A stretch of DNA of 64,000 nt from the NCBI RefSeq assembly GCF_018350175.1, contig NC_058368.1, positions 110,424,001 to 110,488,000 on the forward strand. Direction: 5' to 3'. A program made the position numbers and the translations under genes. The notes under the pieces were generated by a model. It was not told the origin of the DNA. It saw nothing but the letters and a program-made list of their open reading frames with translations, and did not search any database. The stretch comes from Felis catus (lineage: Eukaryota). Below, piece by piece: positions 34,975 through 47,310 of the stretch (position 1 is the first letter of the stretch; every line of letters begins with the position of its first letter).

Positions 34975-36400
34975 TAGGAAAATGAGTGAAAGAAACAGAA
35001 AATTCAGAAAAGACTAACACCCATACAAAAAAGCTCAAGCCTCCTCATAACCCAAGAAACACAAATTAACAAGCTGTTGCCTTCAGACCCAGACTGGCAA
35101 AGATGAAAAAGAATGACACATAAGCGTTAGTGAGAATATGGAAAATAGGCCCTCCTGTACATACATAGTGTGAATATAAATTGACACAAACTTATCAGAG
35201 AAATGTGGTGATTCACTATAAAGAACTTATCAAACTCAACACCTAAAAAAACAAATAATCCAGTCAAGAAATGGGCAAAAGACATGAATAGACCTCCAAA
35301 GACATCCAGATGGCCAACCAACACATGAAAAAATGTGCAACATCACTCATCATCAGGGAAATGCAAATCAAAACCACAATGAGATACCACCTCACACCTG
35401 TCAGAATGGCTAACATTAACAACTCAGGCCACAACAGATGTTGGCTAGGATGAGGAGAAAGAGGATCTCTTTTGCACTGCTGATAGAAATGCAAACTGAC
35501 GCAGCCCTCTGGAAAACAGTATGGAGGTTCCTCAAAAAAATAAAAATTGAACTACCCTATGACCCAGCAATTGTACTACTAGATATCTATCCAAGGGGTA
35601 CAGGTGTGTTGTTTCAAAGGAACACATGCACCCCAATGTTTATAGCAACACTGTCAACAAAAGTATGGAAAGAGCCCAAATGTCCATCGATGGATGAATG
35701 GATAAAAAAATGTGGTGTATATATGTGCAAAGGAGTATTACTCGGCAATCAAAAAGAATGACATCTTGCCATTTGCAACTACGTGGATGTAACTAGAGGG
35801 TATTATGCTAAGTGAAATTAGTCAGAGAAAGACAAATATCATATTACTTCACTCATATAAGGACTTTAAGACACAGAACAGATGAACCCAAGGGCAGGGA
35901 AGCAAAAATAATATAAAAACAGGAAGGGGGACAAAACATAAGAGACTCTTAAATGTAGAGAACAAACAGAGGATTACTGGAGAGGTTGTGGGAGGGGGGA
36001 TGGGCTAAATAGGTAAGGGGCATTAAAGAATCTACTCCTGAAATCATTGTTGTACTATAAGCTAACTAACTTGGATATAAATTTGAAAAAATAGAAAATA
36101 AATTTAAAAAAAAAGAAATGTAGTGATTCACATAAACAGCCCTAAATGTGTGATTATTGTTGACCTAGCCACCCCAATCCAGGAATTAATGCTGCAAAAA
36201 AATCAGAAATGTGCTGAAAGATTAACCTACAAAGTACATATTGTAGCAATATTTGTAATAGAGAAAAGTTGTTAATGGCCTCAAAGTCCAACAATAGGGT
36301 CAAGCCATATGTGGTACACACAAATATAGCACCATGAAATTATTCAAAAAGTTTCAAAAAATGTACAGAACTTTCATGTAATAGAATCCTATTATTAAGA
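34975..36400 (+). mobile_element. Ancient L1ME-like ORF2 3' fragment, host of a younger L1
   Basis: CAGACTGGCAAAGATGAAAAAGAATGA...TGACCTAGCCACCCC...TTGTAGCAATATTTGTAATAG...GTCCAACAATAGGG; the halves join across the TSD. Confidence 0.65.
35217..36113 (+). mobile_element. 5'-truncated feliform L1 (ORF2 C-terminus, 3' UTR, polyA)
   Basis: Encodes [29 protein letters not shown]...TCTPMFIATLST...WKEPKCPSMDEWIKK, typical of the L1 ORF2p C-terminus; TSD AGAAATGT(G/A)GTGATTCAC (35199-35216, 36114-36131). Confidence 0.96.
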
Positions 36401-36505
36401 TTCTCAAACTGTGCACTAAGTCACGCCCAAGGTGCTGCAGCACACTGATACAATGCCACAGGATGTTTCAAAATTTTTTCAAGTTTATTTATTTCTTTGG
36501 AGGCA

Positions 36506-36557
<52 letters not shown>

Positions 36558-36780
36558 CCCAAGCAGGCTCCACACTGTCCGCATGGAGCCCAATGCAGGG
36601 CTCAAACTCATGAACCATGAGATCGCAACCTGAGCCAAAATCAAGAGTCGGATGCTTAACCAACTGAGGCTACCCAGGTGCCCCAGGATGTTTTAAATTT
36701 TTGAGAGAAACACAATGATCCTCAACATTGTTAGATATCCTGTGAACTACTAGTTCACTGTTTGAGCACTAGATCACTCT
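36398..36780. mobile_element. hAT-Charlie fragment (Charlie4-like), interrupted by a SINE
   Basis: TTCTCAAACTGTGCAC...GGATGTTTTAAATTTTTGAGAGAAACACA...GAACTACTAGTTCACTGTTT. Confidence 0.55.
36475..36684 (-). mobile_element. CanSINE
   Basis: TTTATTTATT, long (GA)n, ends CCCAGGTGCCCC; flanked by AGGATGTTT(C/T)AAA. Confidence 0.94.
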
Positions 36781-39288
36781 ATGTTCTTCTGTAGAGGACA
36801 TGAGGGGATGATTTTTGCGTTTCCCATTATGCTTCTCTGGTTAATAAGCACAGCAGGAAAAACACCACTGAATGTTGTATTTGCAAGAACCAGACAGGCT
36901 GAGCACTCTTTCCACCCTCCCCCTTCATCCTCATCCCTGCTTCCCTGGAGCTTGCTGAAAATCAGTGAATGACAGAGGCTGCTCCTGGAGACTACAGGGG
37001 CTGGCAGAGGTGGGCTCTCCCAAGGAAGGAGCAGTTGGACCAAGGATACCAGAATGGCCAGTCTTGGCCACAGCGCCTTCAGTGGTAAATGTAAGTCACA
37101 GAGTCACTGGCCATCAAGTGTCCAGAGGGTCATTCTGGATCTCCTGCTCTCCCAGGCCCACCAGAATCACTGACTAGCCATGGACTTCATCACCTCCTCT
37201 GTCTGGCACAGTTGCTGCTCTCTGCCTACTCAATGCCATCACGGAGGGATGTGGGACCCTGAGGCTGCAGCACCACCTCTATAGACACATCATATCTGTG
37301 ACTTTTCACCTGCCCTCAGGCACCCAGACAGGGAAATCTCCACTTAAAGGTGATGGGTAGAATTCCTCTTGCCTCCCCCGTGCACTCTGCCTTTTTTGCT
37401 AAAACCCCATCTTGCACCATGTGCTCTGGGTTTTAGAAAAGAAAGGCCAACAAGTCATGAAAGCAATGTCTGCTCACAGCCTGGCCATGCAGTTCCACAG
37501 AGACAACAGAGCCCCAAGCTTGCTACCTCTTGAATGGGAAGAAGATATGGAAGAGAGGAAAATGGGCAAGAAAACTGAGTGTCTCAAAATATATTTCAAC
37601 CCACAGGCAGTATTTGTACAGCCGTGATGACTTAATGTGTTAGCAAACCAGAGCCACAGTGAGAGGTATTTCATCCACTGGCCTCCAGATTCAAGTCACC
37701 CCATAAAACAGGGAAGAGCATGGCTGGCTCCAGGCAGAGGGGTGTGGAGAAGTGACCTTCGGGCTCAGCATGGTAGAAGCTCCTTGCACACTGGCTTCAG
37801 CCCGTTAGAGCTGAGCTATAATTGATCACCGCAGCAAATCAATGTGAGTGAGGTTCTTTCCAAAGCTCTGTACAAACTGACTTCATAATGAAATATGAGC
37901 TTGTGAAGTTTCTCATTTTGTACTATTCTGACATTTCTTGCAATGTGATTAAAATATAATAAGATCAAATAGAAAATACTATTTGCTCAATCACTTCCAA
38001 ACCTAACACAGTCAATAGTCCAATTCCATCCAGGAAGAAAAGTCATTTTCAGGACTCCATAAAGAAGCCTACATTTAAATTTCATGTTCTCTGCTGTTAC
38101 TGTGAAAAATTACATGTTTTAAATATAGGACAAATACAGGGCAGGCCAATTCTTGTTATAATAAATTTTATTCCAACATTCTCGGTAAATAAAATCTCCA
38201 AGCTCTAGCCAATGAATGGCTGCTTCAAGGTTCATTCGATAATACATAATTCCAGTCCAAATAGTAATTTGCTCAATTCCTTTGAAGTCTAATTCAAGCC
38301 CCATTTCCCCTGAGAAAGCCCAGATCTCAACAATTGTTTCCTTCTTCCAGACTTCTGAGAACACATACAGCCACAAAGTGTGTCTGGCTGTTGGGTATGT
38401 GTGCCTTCTCTTTCTCGCTTGGCCAGGCAGCTCCTCAAGGTCAAGGGACGCTTTCCTCCTTCACCATCATCCAGCATGCCTGGATTCTGTATCCCCAGCC
38501 CAGTGTTAGGAAGGCTGAGGATGCTTGCCAGCATTTCCTGATTGAAAGAGCCTGTAATGATGGCATTTAACCCATGGCAGGCTTCCTATCCATCCATCTC
38601 CTGCATTACTAGCCCACAACACACCAGTCGTTTCTAGTGAAGACATTATGTTATCCTCTGAGACCTCGGCACACATGATCATTTTACACACTGTCAGCTG
38701 CATCTATTAATTTTCTTACTGTCAGAGACAGTTAAGGAAGCCTTTGTGGAAACGTCTGAGGATTTGTAAAACAGAAGCCTGTTTGTTTCACTTCCTCTGA
38801 CATACGGGCTTAGGAACTGTGCAATTTTAAGTACCAGAGTGAGCTCTAAGACTTACGGATAATTGACTCCGGGAGGTAAGAACACAACTTAGAAGAGATC
38901 ATTTTCTCAATTCACTAGTAGTTTCCAATCCACAGACCATTTAAAGAACAAATGTAAATTTTCAGGTTGGATTCTTCTAGAGCTAGACCATCTCCAGCCC
39001 CCAACAAACCACAGGCTAGACCAGCCTCTAGACCCCAGTGTCCAAACAATGTAAAGAGCATCTCTCCAAGCTTTTAGAGATATCTTTGATGACTGGATCA
39101 AAGAAGTGCCAGCACAACTCAGCTTCCAGCATTCTAACTCCCAACACAAAGCCCCAGTGTCCAAGAAGAACATTAGTCGCACATGCTCATTTCTACCTGC
39201 TTTTGGCTCTAACCCAGGAAATTAAACTATAAAGTCAAATCACTGACTTCTAGGATTGAGAATATACTGAGGAACCAACATGTCCATG

Positions 39289-39730
39289 TATGTCAGTTAG
39301 AAAGCACTCAATGCAAGAGTCTGAAAGCCAACTCTAATTGACTTGAATGATAAAGGAGCTTTATTGATTCATGTCTCTGGAAAGTCCAGCTCCATTTCTT
39401 TGTGATCCTATGTGCTCTGCTGCCCTCCATGTATTAATTTTGTCTTCAGATCAGCTTTCCTCATAATCACAAAATGGCTGCCAATAACAACAAGGACCTC
39501 ACACTTCAGTTTTCACATCCAAAGAGAAAGAGAGTGCCATTTCTCAGACCACTGAACTAAAGCCCTAAACTTCACTCTGATGGAACCATTTCTCCATCTA
39601 TTTCTTGAGCAAGGTAGGGAGTGGGTTTTCCCTGACTGACTTGGACCAGTCAGAGTCCCCCAAACCATGAGGCTGCTATGCCTGGGGGAAGGTGGGATGG
39701 GTACTGGTGAGTAATCACAATGTCTATCTC
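39289..39730 (-). mobile_element. Old MaLR LTR (MLT1K/L-like)
   Basis: TGTCAGTTAG...TTTATTGATTCATGTCTCTGGAAAGTCCAG...AAAATGGCTGCCA. Confidence 0.65.
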
Positions 39731-40132
39731 CTCCTGCTTCTTAGCAGGATGGTTCTAAACATCCAAGTCAGTGGGGCCTCATCCCATTCCTAATGGTGCT
39801 GCCCTCCCCCTTGGAAACAGCCTCAGGGTTCAGGAGCACTATTTACAGTGTCATTCAGTCTAAACCAAACCTCAAGATGCTGAGAATTACTCATTTCCCT
39901 CCCAGGATTCTGAATCAGGCAATTCCCAGCTACTTTGGGCACAAATTCTTCTATGAACTGGAATATGTCCACAACTCCGGAACAGGCCACTGGCCACATT
40001 CACCCTTGAGAAGAGTTAGCACCTGCTCTGTCATCATGAGTGGGCTAAGCCAGTCTTGCTCAGCTCAGCATTTTGGAATTAATTAAGTGGCTCTAGTAAC
40101 TAACTCTTATTCTCTAAAAAGGGGCAGATCTT

Positions 40133-40347
40133 GGGGCGCCTGGGTGGCTCAGTCGGTTAAGCATCCGACTTCAGCTCAGGTCATGATCTCGTGGTCTGTG
40201 AGTTCGAGCCCCGTGTCAGGCTCTGGGCTGATGGCTCAGAGCCTGGGGCCTGCTTCCGATTCTGTGTCTCCCTCTCTCTCTGCCCCTCCCCTGTTCATGC
40301 TCTGTCTCTCTCTGTCTCAAAAATAAATAAACATTAAAAAATTTTTA
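40133..40347 (+). mobile_element. Feliform CanSINE
   Basis: Near-consensus; TSD TAAAAAGGG(G/C)CAGATC. Confidence 0.97.
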
Positions 40348-43108
40348 TAAAAAGGGCCAGATCATCAGCTGTGGGCACAGATGGAGCCCTAGGTCCATTC
40401 ACCTGAGTAACCAATGAGTCTCTCATGACAGCACCACGTCCCCTCTGAGCCCCCTTCATGCATTCCCAGACTCCTGCCAACTTTGACCTGCATGCTCTTC
40501 TCACACAGCCCATGCTCACCAGGAACATCTGCTTGACCAGCTGACTACAATGTCTGACTACACTGACCCAGGCCCCAGACAGGAGGACCCCTGCCCAGCA
40601 CATGTAGCTGGTTTCCTGTTTCCCCAGGCACCTTCTGGCTTCTGCAGTTTATGGTTTATAAAACCCAGTCACAACTCCTGCACACCTCCCCCAACTAACC
40701 CTGGGAAGAATAAAAACAGACACTGCTAACTCTTCTATAGAAGAAAAGACTGAAATCCAGAGGGGGAAGCAGGTGATCCAAGGTGTTCCATGAGCCAGAG
40801 TCAAACCTGGAAGCCAGGCCCTGTGACCCTTGGTTCTGGGCCTCTTCTACCTCAACAGACTGCCTCCTTCAGTGCCCAAGGTAGCCCTTGGCAGTGCTCA
40901 CTTCTGGAACAGAAGCACATGGCATCAGCCTGGCCCAGGCTCTCCTCACCAGAGTCAGAGCCCAAACCAGCCTGAGGCAGCTGCTTTTCAGCACAGTTGC
41001 CTCAGAAGTAAGTAACCTTCTTAGGTTCCCTGCCGCCGGCATCAGGGCTGGCCAAAGCTCAACTTTTCCCAGGCTCAGAGGGAACTGCTCAGAGAGAGAG
41101 AGCTTCAGAAAATCCAATTTGTCTTTCCTCTTGCAGTCTTTGCTTTCGTTATTGCTTTGAGATTTCTTGTGAGGCAGTTTGGGTCTTTGATTCACACTTT
41201 GAGTCTTTGGTGGATATAGCCTTTCCTCTCTCCTCTGTGCACAGCCCCCAGCCCAGCCTTCCTGGAAATCCAAAGTAGCCTCTTTCCTTTGGAAGGAATA
41301 CCTGCCAGAGTGCTCTAAAATCACAGAGCAGCCGAGGTTCACGTTCTGGTGCTGCTAATTAATTCATTCACATATTGAAGCTCTCAACACACACATGTGC
41401 ACAGAGCATCAACTAGGCACCAAGCACTGTTCTAGGAACTGGGACCCCGCAGAGAACAAGCCAAAAGAACATGGCCACATCGTGAAGCATGTCCTCTCCT
41501 GAGACTGTGCCACAGCTTTTCTTAGGGTCTCAAATCCTTTACAAATCCAAAGAAAGTCTTAGACTCTCCCTGAAAGAATGCACATAAACACAGGCACTTG
41601 AAACAGCATGCCTTCTTAGATGGCTGGTGGGTCCCTGAAGCACAGAGGTGGACCTCTTGGGGTCTGAGAACACCAGGTTAGGAACCTCTGAGCAAAGGGA
41701 AATCTGATGCAAGGCCTTCTTCAGTGGGTAGAGCACTCGAAAAGATCTGTTCAAAAACCATCATGATCTGCTGAATTCCTTCAATGGATCATAAATCGCA
41801 TTCAACCCAAAGCCTCAGATCTTGACTTTCCTGCATTCCAAAGACAGATTCCTACAGGTGAGCTTCTTAAGATAAAAGAATAGGAGAAATCTGCATTCTG
41901 GAATGTGAACGAACTGCCCTGTGGGATTTGGGGGTAGAATATCCACATCAGACTTGCAAATGATTTTTTCCTTACATATGTGGGGTAACAATTTTCTCCA
42001 GGTGAGCATGAATATGCCGCATTTTATGCACTCCCTGTGCTTCTGAAAAGTTATACCTGAATCAAAATCTTGCAAATAAAAACCACTTAAAATGCACTAA
42101 GGGAGCTCACTACTTTATAAAAGCTGGCAATGAATTAATTCTCTGGCAAACCAAGGGAAACTTTGGGATGTGCAAATTAATTTCTCCTCTTTGTGAGAGT
42201 GGATTTCTGTAGAATGGGTAACTAAGTGAAGAAAGCCAAGAGGTGGGGTAGATTTAAGTCAGAAGGTTTCTACTTAGTCATGCATCTGTGCCTCTAAGAA
42301 GGTTTTTTTGAAGAAAATGTTATCTTCCATTACCTATTTCGAAGACCAAATGAACCCGTGCGTGACTCAATCCTTGGAGGTGAAGAGGGCAAGGACACCC
42401 AGGGATCTAGTATATCACAAAGGCACCCGCCATGGTGGATAGTACAGGGCAGGGCTCCAATATTCAGGGAACTTTGAGTCCAAAATAGCGCTGGGTTGCA
42501 ATCAATGAATGGACACGTCATCAGTCACTGAGCAGCTGTAAGCCCAGGCTGACATCTGGGCCTGTGACACTGCAGAGCCCTGGGTGTCCTGACAGGCAGG
42601 AAAGGAGGGGCAGAGGTGGAGAACACTGGATGAGAAAGGAAGTAACAACAGGAGGAACACATGTAGCGAATGTGGCCAGGAAGAGGTGAAGGACTGGGGC
42701 CTGTTAGGGAGTTAATACAGAATCAATCTCTAAAGTAGAAGCAGAGATAAGATTACACGATTACACAGAAAATACAGTCAGATGGCACAGCCCTTTATGA
42801 ACGAAGGGACCGCTGACCTCCAGCTGAAATTAAAATCTCACTCGAGTTGAGCAGGCCATGCAGCTAGAAATTGGCCATGCAGAAAAAGAACAGGGATGGT
42901 GCAGGAAAGGAGGTCCTCCCTGAGTTGTCCCCAGCCTGCGGCCATGGTCGGCACCAACTCATTTCAGCTTCGTGGGGATCTTTCCAACCCTGCCAGGAAT
43001 GTACCCAGGCTCAGAGGGGACGCGTCAGAAGGCATAACTTTGCCAAAAAGGGCCCAGGCACAGAGTAGGCGCTCAATAAATGCTGCCTGCATGAGTCACT
43101 GAACTATG

Positions 43109-43315
43109 CAGGGCTCAACCCACAGCCTGTTTGTGCACTGCCTGAGAACTAAGAATGGTTCTTAAATGTTTAAGGAGTCGTAAGGAAGAAGGAGGAAGAG
43201 GGGAGGAGGAGGAGGTAGGGGAGTAGAAGAAGAAGAGACAGAGACCCTATGTGTCCCACAAAGGTCAGGCTATTTACTTTCTGACCCTTTACAGAAAATG
43301 TCTGCCAACTCCTGG
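43109..43315. mobile_element. hAT-Charlie MITE (MER58-like)
   Basis: CTAAGAATGGTT...TATTTACTTTCTGACCCTTTACAGAAAATGTCTGCCAACTCCTG. Confidence 0.8.
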
Positions 43316-43574
43316 ACTAAGGAGTTTAAGTAACCATTTTGAATTTAAGACTCACCCTTGTGCTTTCCTATCATCCCCTCAGCCCCTACACCTAACGCAT
43401 AGTTCGCTGTCTGAATATACTGGTTGCCTCTAGTTTGGAGGTTAATTCAGAAGGGAAGACTTAACTTGCCTCCAAGTTAAGAAAAAATGCAGGGCACCCG
43501 TCTAGGAGTCTCAGAATCTAAGTCTCAGAATGTAAAGTAAGGAGGTCACAACGATTTGGGGCACCTGAGGGAGC

Positions 43575-43840
43575 TTAATTCAACAAGCACTTTTTGAAGG
43601 TCCAAATGCCAGGCTCTGGGTGAATAAAAACATGTTTTTAAAAGGGCTTATGCCTCCAGAGAAGACAGACCCCAAATCCAATAAACAACAGTGTAATGAA
43701 GAGAAGGAAGTCAGCAGTAAGTGTGGTGGGAGTGCTAGCTGGAGTCCTTGGGAAGGCTTCCCAGAAGACACCACCTTTTAAGTGAAGCTAAAAAATGGTA
43801 AGATTCCAGAAGGCAGAGGCGGGAACACAGCCCAGGTGGA
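43575..43840 (-). mobile_element. L2 3' fragment
   Basis: ATTCAACAAGCACTTTTTGA...GGAAGGCTTCCCAGAAGA...ATTCCAGAAGGCAGAGG. Confidence 0.6.
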
Positions 43841-44049
43841 GGACCTGACCCGAGCAAAACTACAAGACAAACCGAACTAAACCATGGACAGGGAATGGCA
43901 GAGCCTTTGTGAGGCGGTAGTTAGTAAAAGGTCAGTTGGTGACTTAATTTGGGTCCCGCCCCCACCCCACCACTGAAGCAGACCTTGAAATAAGCACCTG
44001 AGTGTAAGAAGGATATTTGGAACATTCCAGGGAACACCAGAGCCCTGCA

Positions 44050-44470
44050 GGCTGCTGGAACTCAGCTCTGTTGCCAACTCTGGGACCCAGTGCAGAACAT
44101 GCCTCTCAGAGTTATCCCACCCAAGGGACATGGAAGGTGGGGTATTTACATGTCAACTCCCTTTGGTCATTTTTTTAAATGTTTTTTTTTTTTTTGAGAG
44201 AGAGAGAGAGACAGAGCATGCGTGGGGGAGGGGCAGAGAGAGAGGGAGAGAGAATCCCAAGCAGGCTCCAAGCTATCAGCACAGAGCCCAATGAAGGGCT
44301 CAAACCCATGAACCACAAGATCGTGACCTGAGCCGAAGTCGGATGCTCAACCGACTGAGCCATCCAGGTGCCCCAATCTCTTCGGTCATTCCAGTGTTGA
44401 GGATTGCTCTGGGGGGTGAGGGAGGCATTAGCTCCCTGGCACCTCTGGCCTACCCTCTGCCCTGGCAGAG
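44050..44470 (-). mobile_element. LTR16-like fragment, interrupted by a SINE
   Basis: CCTCTCAGAGTTATCCCACCCAAGGG...GGGGTATTTACATGTCAACTCC...CATTAGCTCCCTGGCAC. Confidence 0.55.
44172..44374 (-). mobile_element. CanSINE
   Basis: PolyT, (GA)n, ends CATCCAGGTGCCCC; flanked by CTT(T/C)GGTCATT. Confidence 0.95.
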
Positions 44471-44848
44471 TGGGTTCTGCTGCCAGAGACACTATTTACA
44501 CATCCATGCAGTGGGTTCTGAGACACAGAGATGCACATACTGGCAGGCAGAGGGCAGGGCATGTGATGATATACTGAGACATAAGGTATATGAGCACGGG
44601 TCCACTGCATCTGCTAAGGCGGGTCCTGATCCTGGGGAGCCCTGAGTGTACCTTTGCTAGGGTCCTCCTGGTCTACAGGGACTGGGGCACAAAGAAGGTT
44701 TAGAAGCCTGGAGGAGGTAGCAGGGCCACAATTCAGAATAAGATTCCAAGGATAAGTCAGCTAAGAGGAGCATGGAGGAATTCTGTAACTTTCCAGAGGG
44801 TGACAGTGGGGTGGGAACCAGGCCATGATACTGGGACAGAGAGAAGGG

Positions 44849-44849
<1 letters not shown>

Positions 44850-44891
<42 letters not shown>

Positions 44892-44892
44892 A
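44850..44892. repeat. (CA)n microsatellite
   Basis: Read directly. Confidence 0.95.
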
Positions 44893-46839
44893 GGCAGGGC
44901 GGCCCAAGAGGCCATTGGGGTGACTCCCGTGGCTCCTGAGGGCCATGAGGAGGGAGAAGCAATGCAGAGAAAGGACAGGGCAGGTGGGCTACAAAACGGG
45001 TGGGGGCTTGGGAGGTAAGATGGGTTTAAGAGGCATCTTCACAGCAAGTGGAAATAGTGTGAAGCTCAAGAGAGAACGTGGGACTGAAAACACACTGGGA
45101 AGTCAATAGCAAAAAGGAGAAGATATAGAGAGGGGGGACAAAGTCCACCACTAGAACTGTGAAAAATACTTGTGTTGATGAAAGAGGAGGAAGAATATGA
45201 GTCAGTGAAACAGAAGAAAAGTTGGGAGCCCAAAAAAAGAAATGCCAAGTAGAGGATTTTTAACAGCCAGATCTTCTCAACATAAGGCAATCCTCCACAG
45301 GGGGCCCACATCCGGCCGCGCCACCCTCCGTCCATCCGAAGGCAGCTGGTAGCGGCCTACTTCTGGGGGTGGGTCCGACCCTGTGCTACTGTGGATGTCA
45401 TCAACCTAAGTGTATAGATTTCCATTTGTCTTGTATTTTTGCTAGGGTCAGGTCCACCGAGCCCCACGGCCGAAGTGTTCACAGAACCCCGTGCGCCCGT
45501 GCAGTGAGCATTTTGTGGAGGAGATATTCCATGACTTTCCATGACTCCCAAAGGGCTCTGTGAACCCACAAAGGGCAGGAACCACCAGTGAAACAGCAGC
45601 CACCCTGAGCTCACATTCAGCCTGAGCCTGAGCTGGGAGAGCAAGAGAGAGACCAGAGACCTCCCTGAATGAGTAGAAGTGGAATTTTCCCTAAACTTTG
45701 CAGAAGAAAACCGTCAGAACCAAAACATTTGACCCGCCACTGCTAGGGGCACAAGTGCAGAGAGAGTTTCATCCTTGCGCAAAGTTTTCTTTACGCCTGC
45801 CCCACCACCGCAGGCCTGGCTTATCTGCTATGCAGGGTTGCAGACAGAGCCACCCGCCAGCAGAAAGATTACCCTGAATCTTTCCTCCGAGAACAGAGAG
45901 CCTTCTGTTATGGAAAAAAGGGAAAAGAGAATAAAGATCCAATTTAAAAGGCTTTGAAAAGTGTTTCAATGCAAGGAAGTTAGCTCCACCACTGCTGGGG
46001 CACCTTGACGCTGGAGAAAGACAGCCATTGTGGCCTGCATTCAAGGTTCTCTGGGTCTGTCCTCTGTGGATGACAAAGATTGTTGTGTGGAGAGCCACAC
46101 TGCTTCTCCAAATAGGACAGAGTTTGTTCATGTCAGTTTTTTCTTGCTGGCCTTACCAGCAGCTCCCGGCTTCAAAGAAGGTTCCTTGAGTGTCGCCGTC
46201 TAAATCCACAGGAGAACCCCATGTACCTAAATCTGCTCAACAGGCCCCAGGTGCACATCAGAGGTGAGGATTTGAAATCACTCTTGGACTCCGGAGATAA
46301 ATGCCCACCTTTGCCATCCACCCAGCCTCGGCCGACCTCATGGCACAACTGACCCAGACGGCCATCATGCCTGACACAGGAAATGAGCATGTGAGATCCC
46401 CAGGGGAGGTGGAAAATGTACGAAACAGCAAACATTTGTGGAATCATTTATAAGGAGAGAAGAGACAGTGCTTGCTCTCATCACAGCTCTGACACCTAAA
46501 TCTCTGGGATTGCTTCCTCCTCAGAATAGAATATCTAAGGCCTAGAGACCCTATGACTCCAGCGCCTCTTCCAGCTCTGGCAGGCTGGGCACTGGCCTCT
46601 GGGGAGCTGCCTCCCTACTCTGCGGCACTGCAGCATCCCTGCCCTGCCTCCTGCAAAGCTAGTATGTGGTCCACAGCATCTTCTGCAGCAAAACCAGAGC
46701 AGGCCCAAAGGCACCCCTGTGCGGCCTTACACAAATAGCCACCTACAAACCTTTTGGGGGTTACAGATGGTAGCAAGGGCTCGTGTTCATAAACAAGGAT
46801 TCCACTTCAATTTAAAATAATACATAAAATAATTCCTCA

Positions 46840-46898
46840 GGGCACCAGGGTGGCTTAGTCAGGTAAGTGTCCAACTCTTTTTTTTTTTTATCTTTATT

Positions 46899-46960
<62 letters not shown>

Positions 46961-47310
46961 CGAGCAGGAGAGGAAGAGAGAGAGGGAGACACAGAATATG
47001 AAGCAGGCTGCAGGCTCCGAGCTGTCACCACAGAGTCTGACACAGGGCTCAAACCCACAAACTGCAAGATCATGACCTGGGCCAAAATCAGACACCTAAC
47101 CAACTAAACAACGCAGGTGCCCCTAGTGTCCAACTCTTGATTTCGGCTCAGGCCATGATCTCACAGTTTATGCATTCAATCCCCGCATCAGGCTCTGGAC
47201 TAGCAGTATGGAGTCTACTTGAGATTCTGTCTCTCTCCCTCTCTCTCTGCTCCTCCCCTGCTTATGCTCTCTCTCTCTCTCTCTCAAAATAAATTAATTA
47301 ATTAAAAAAA
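46840..47310 (+). mobile_element. CanSINE (outer), split by an antisense SINE
   Basis: Head at 46840-46879 resumes at 47125 with ...CTCTTGATTTCGGCTCAGGCCATGATCTC. Confidence 0.93.
46880..47123 (-). mobile_element. CanSINE (inner, nested)
   Basis: PolyT, (GA)n, ends CAGGTGCCCC; perfect TSD AGTGTCCAACTCTT. Confidence 0.95.

Noticed and set aside
35438..35761. 107-aa ORF as a host gene
   Set aside because: It is the disrupted C-terminus of L1 ORF2p in a 5'-truncated copy.
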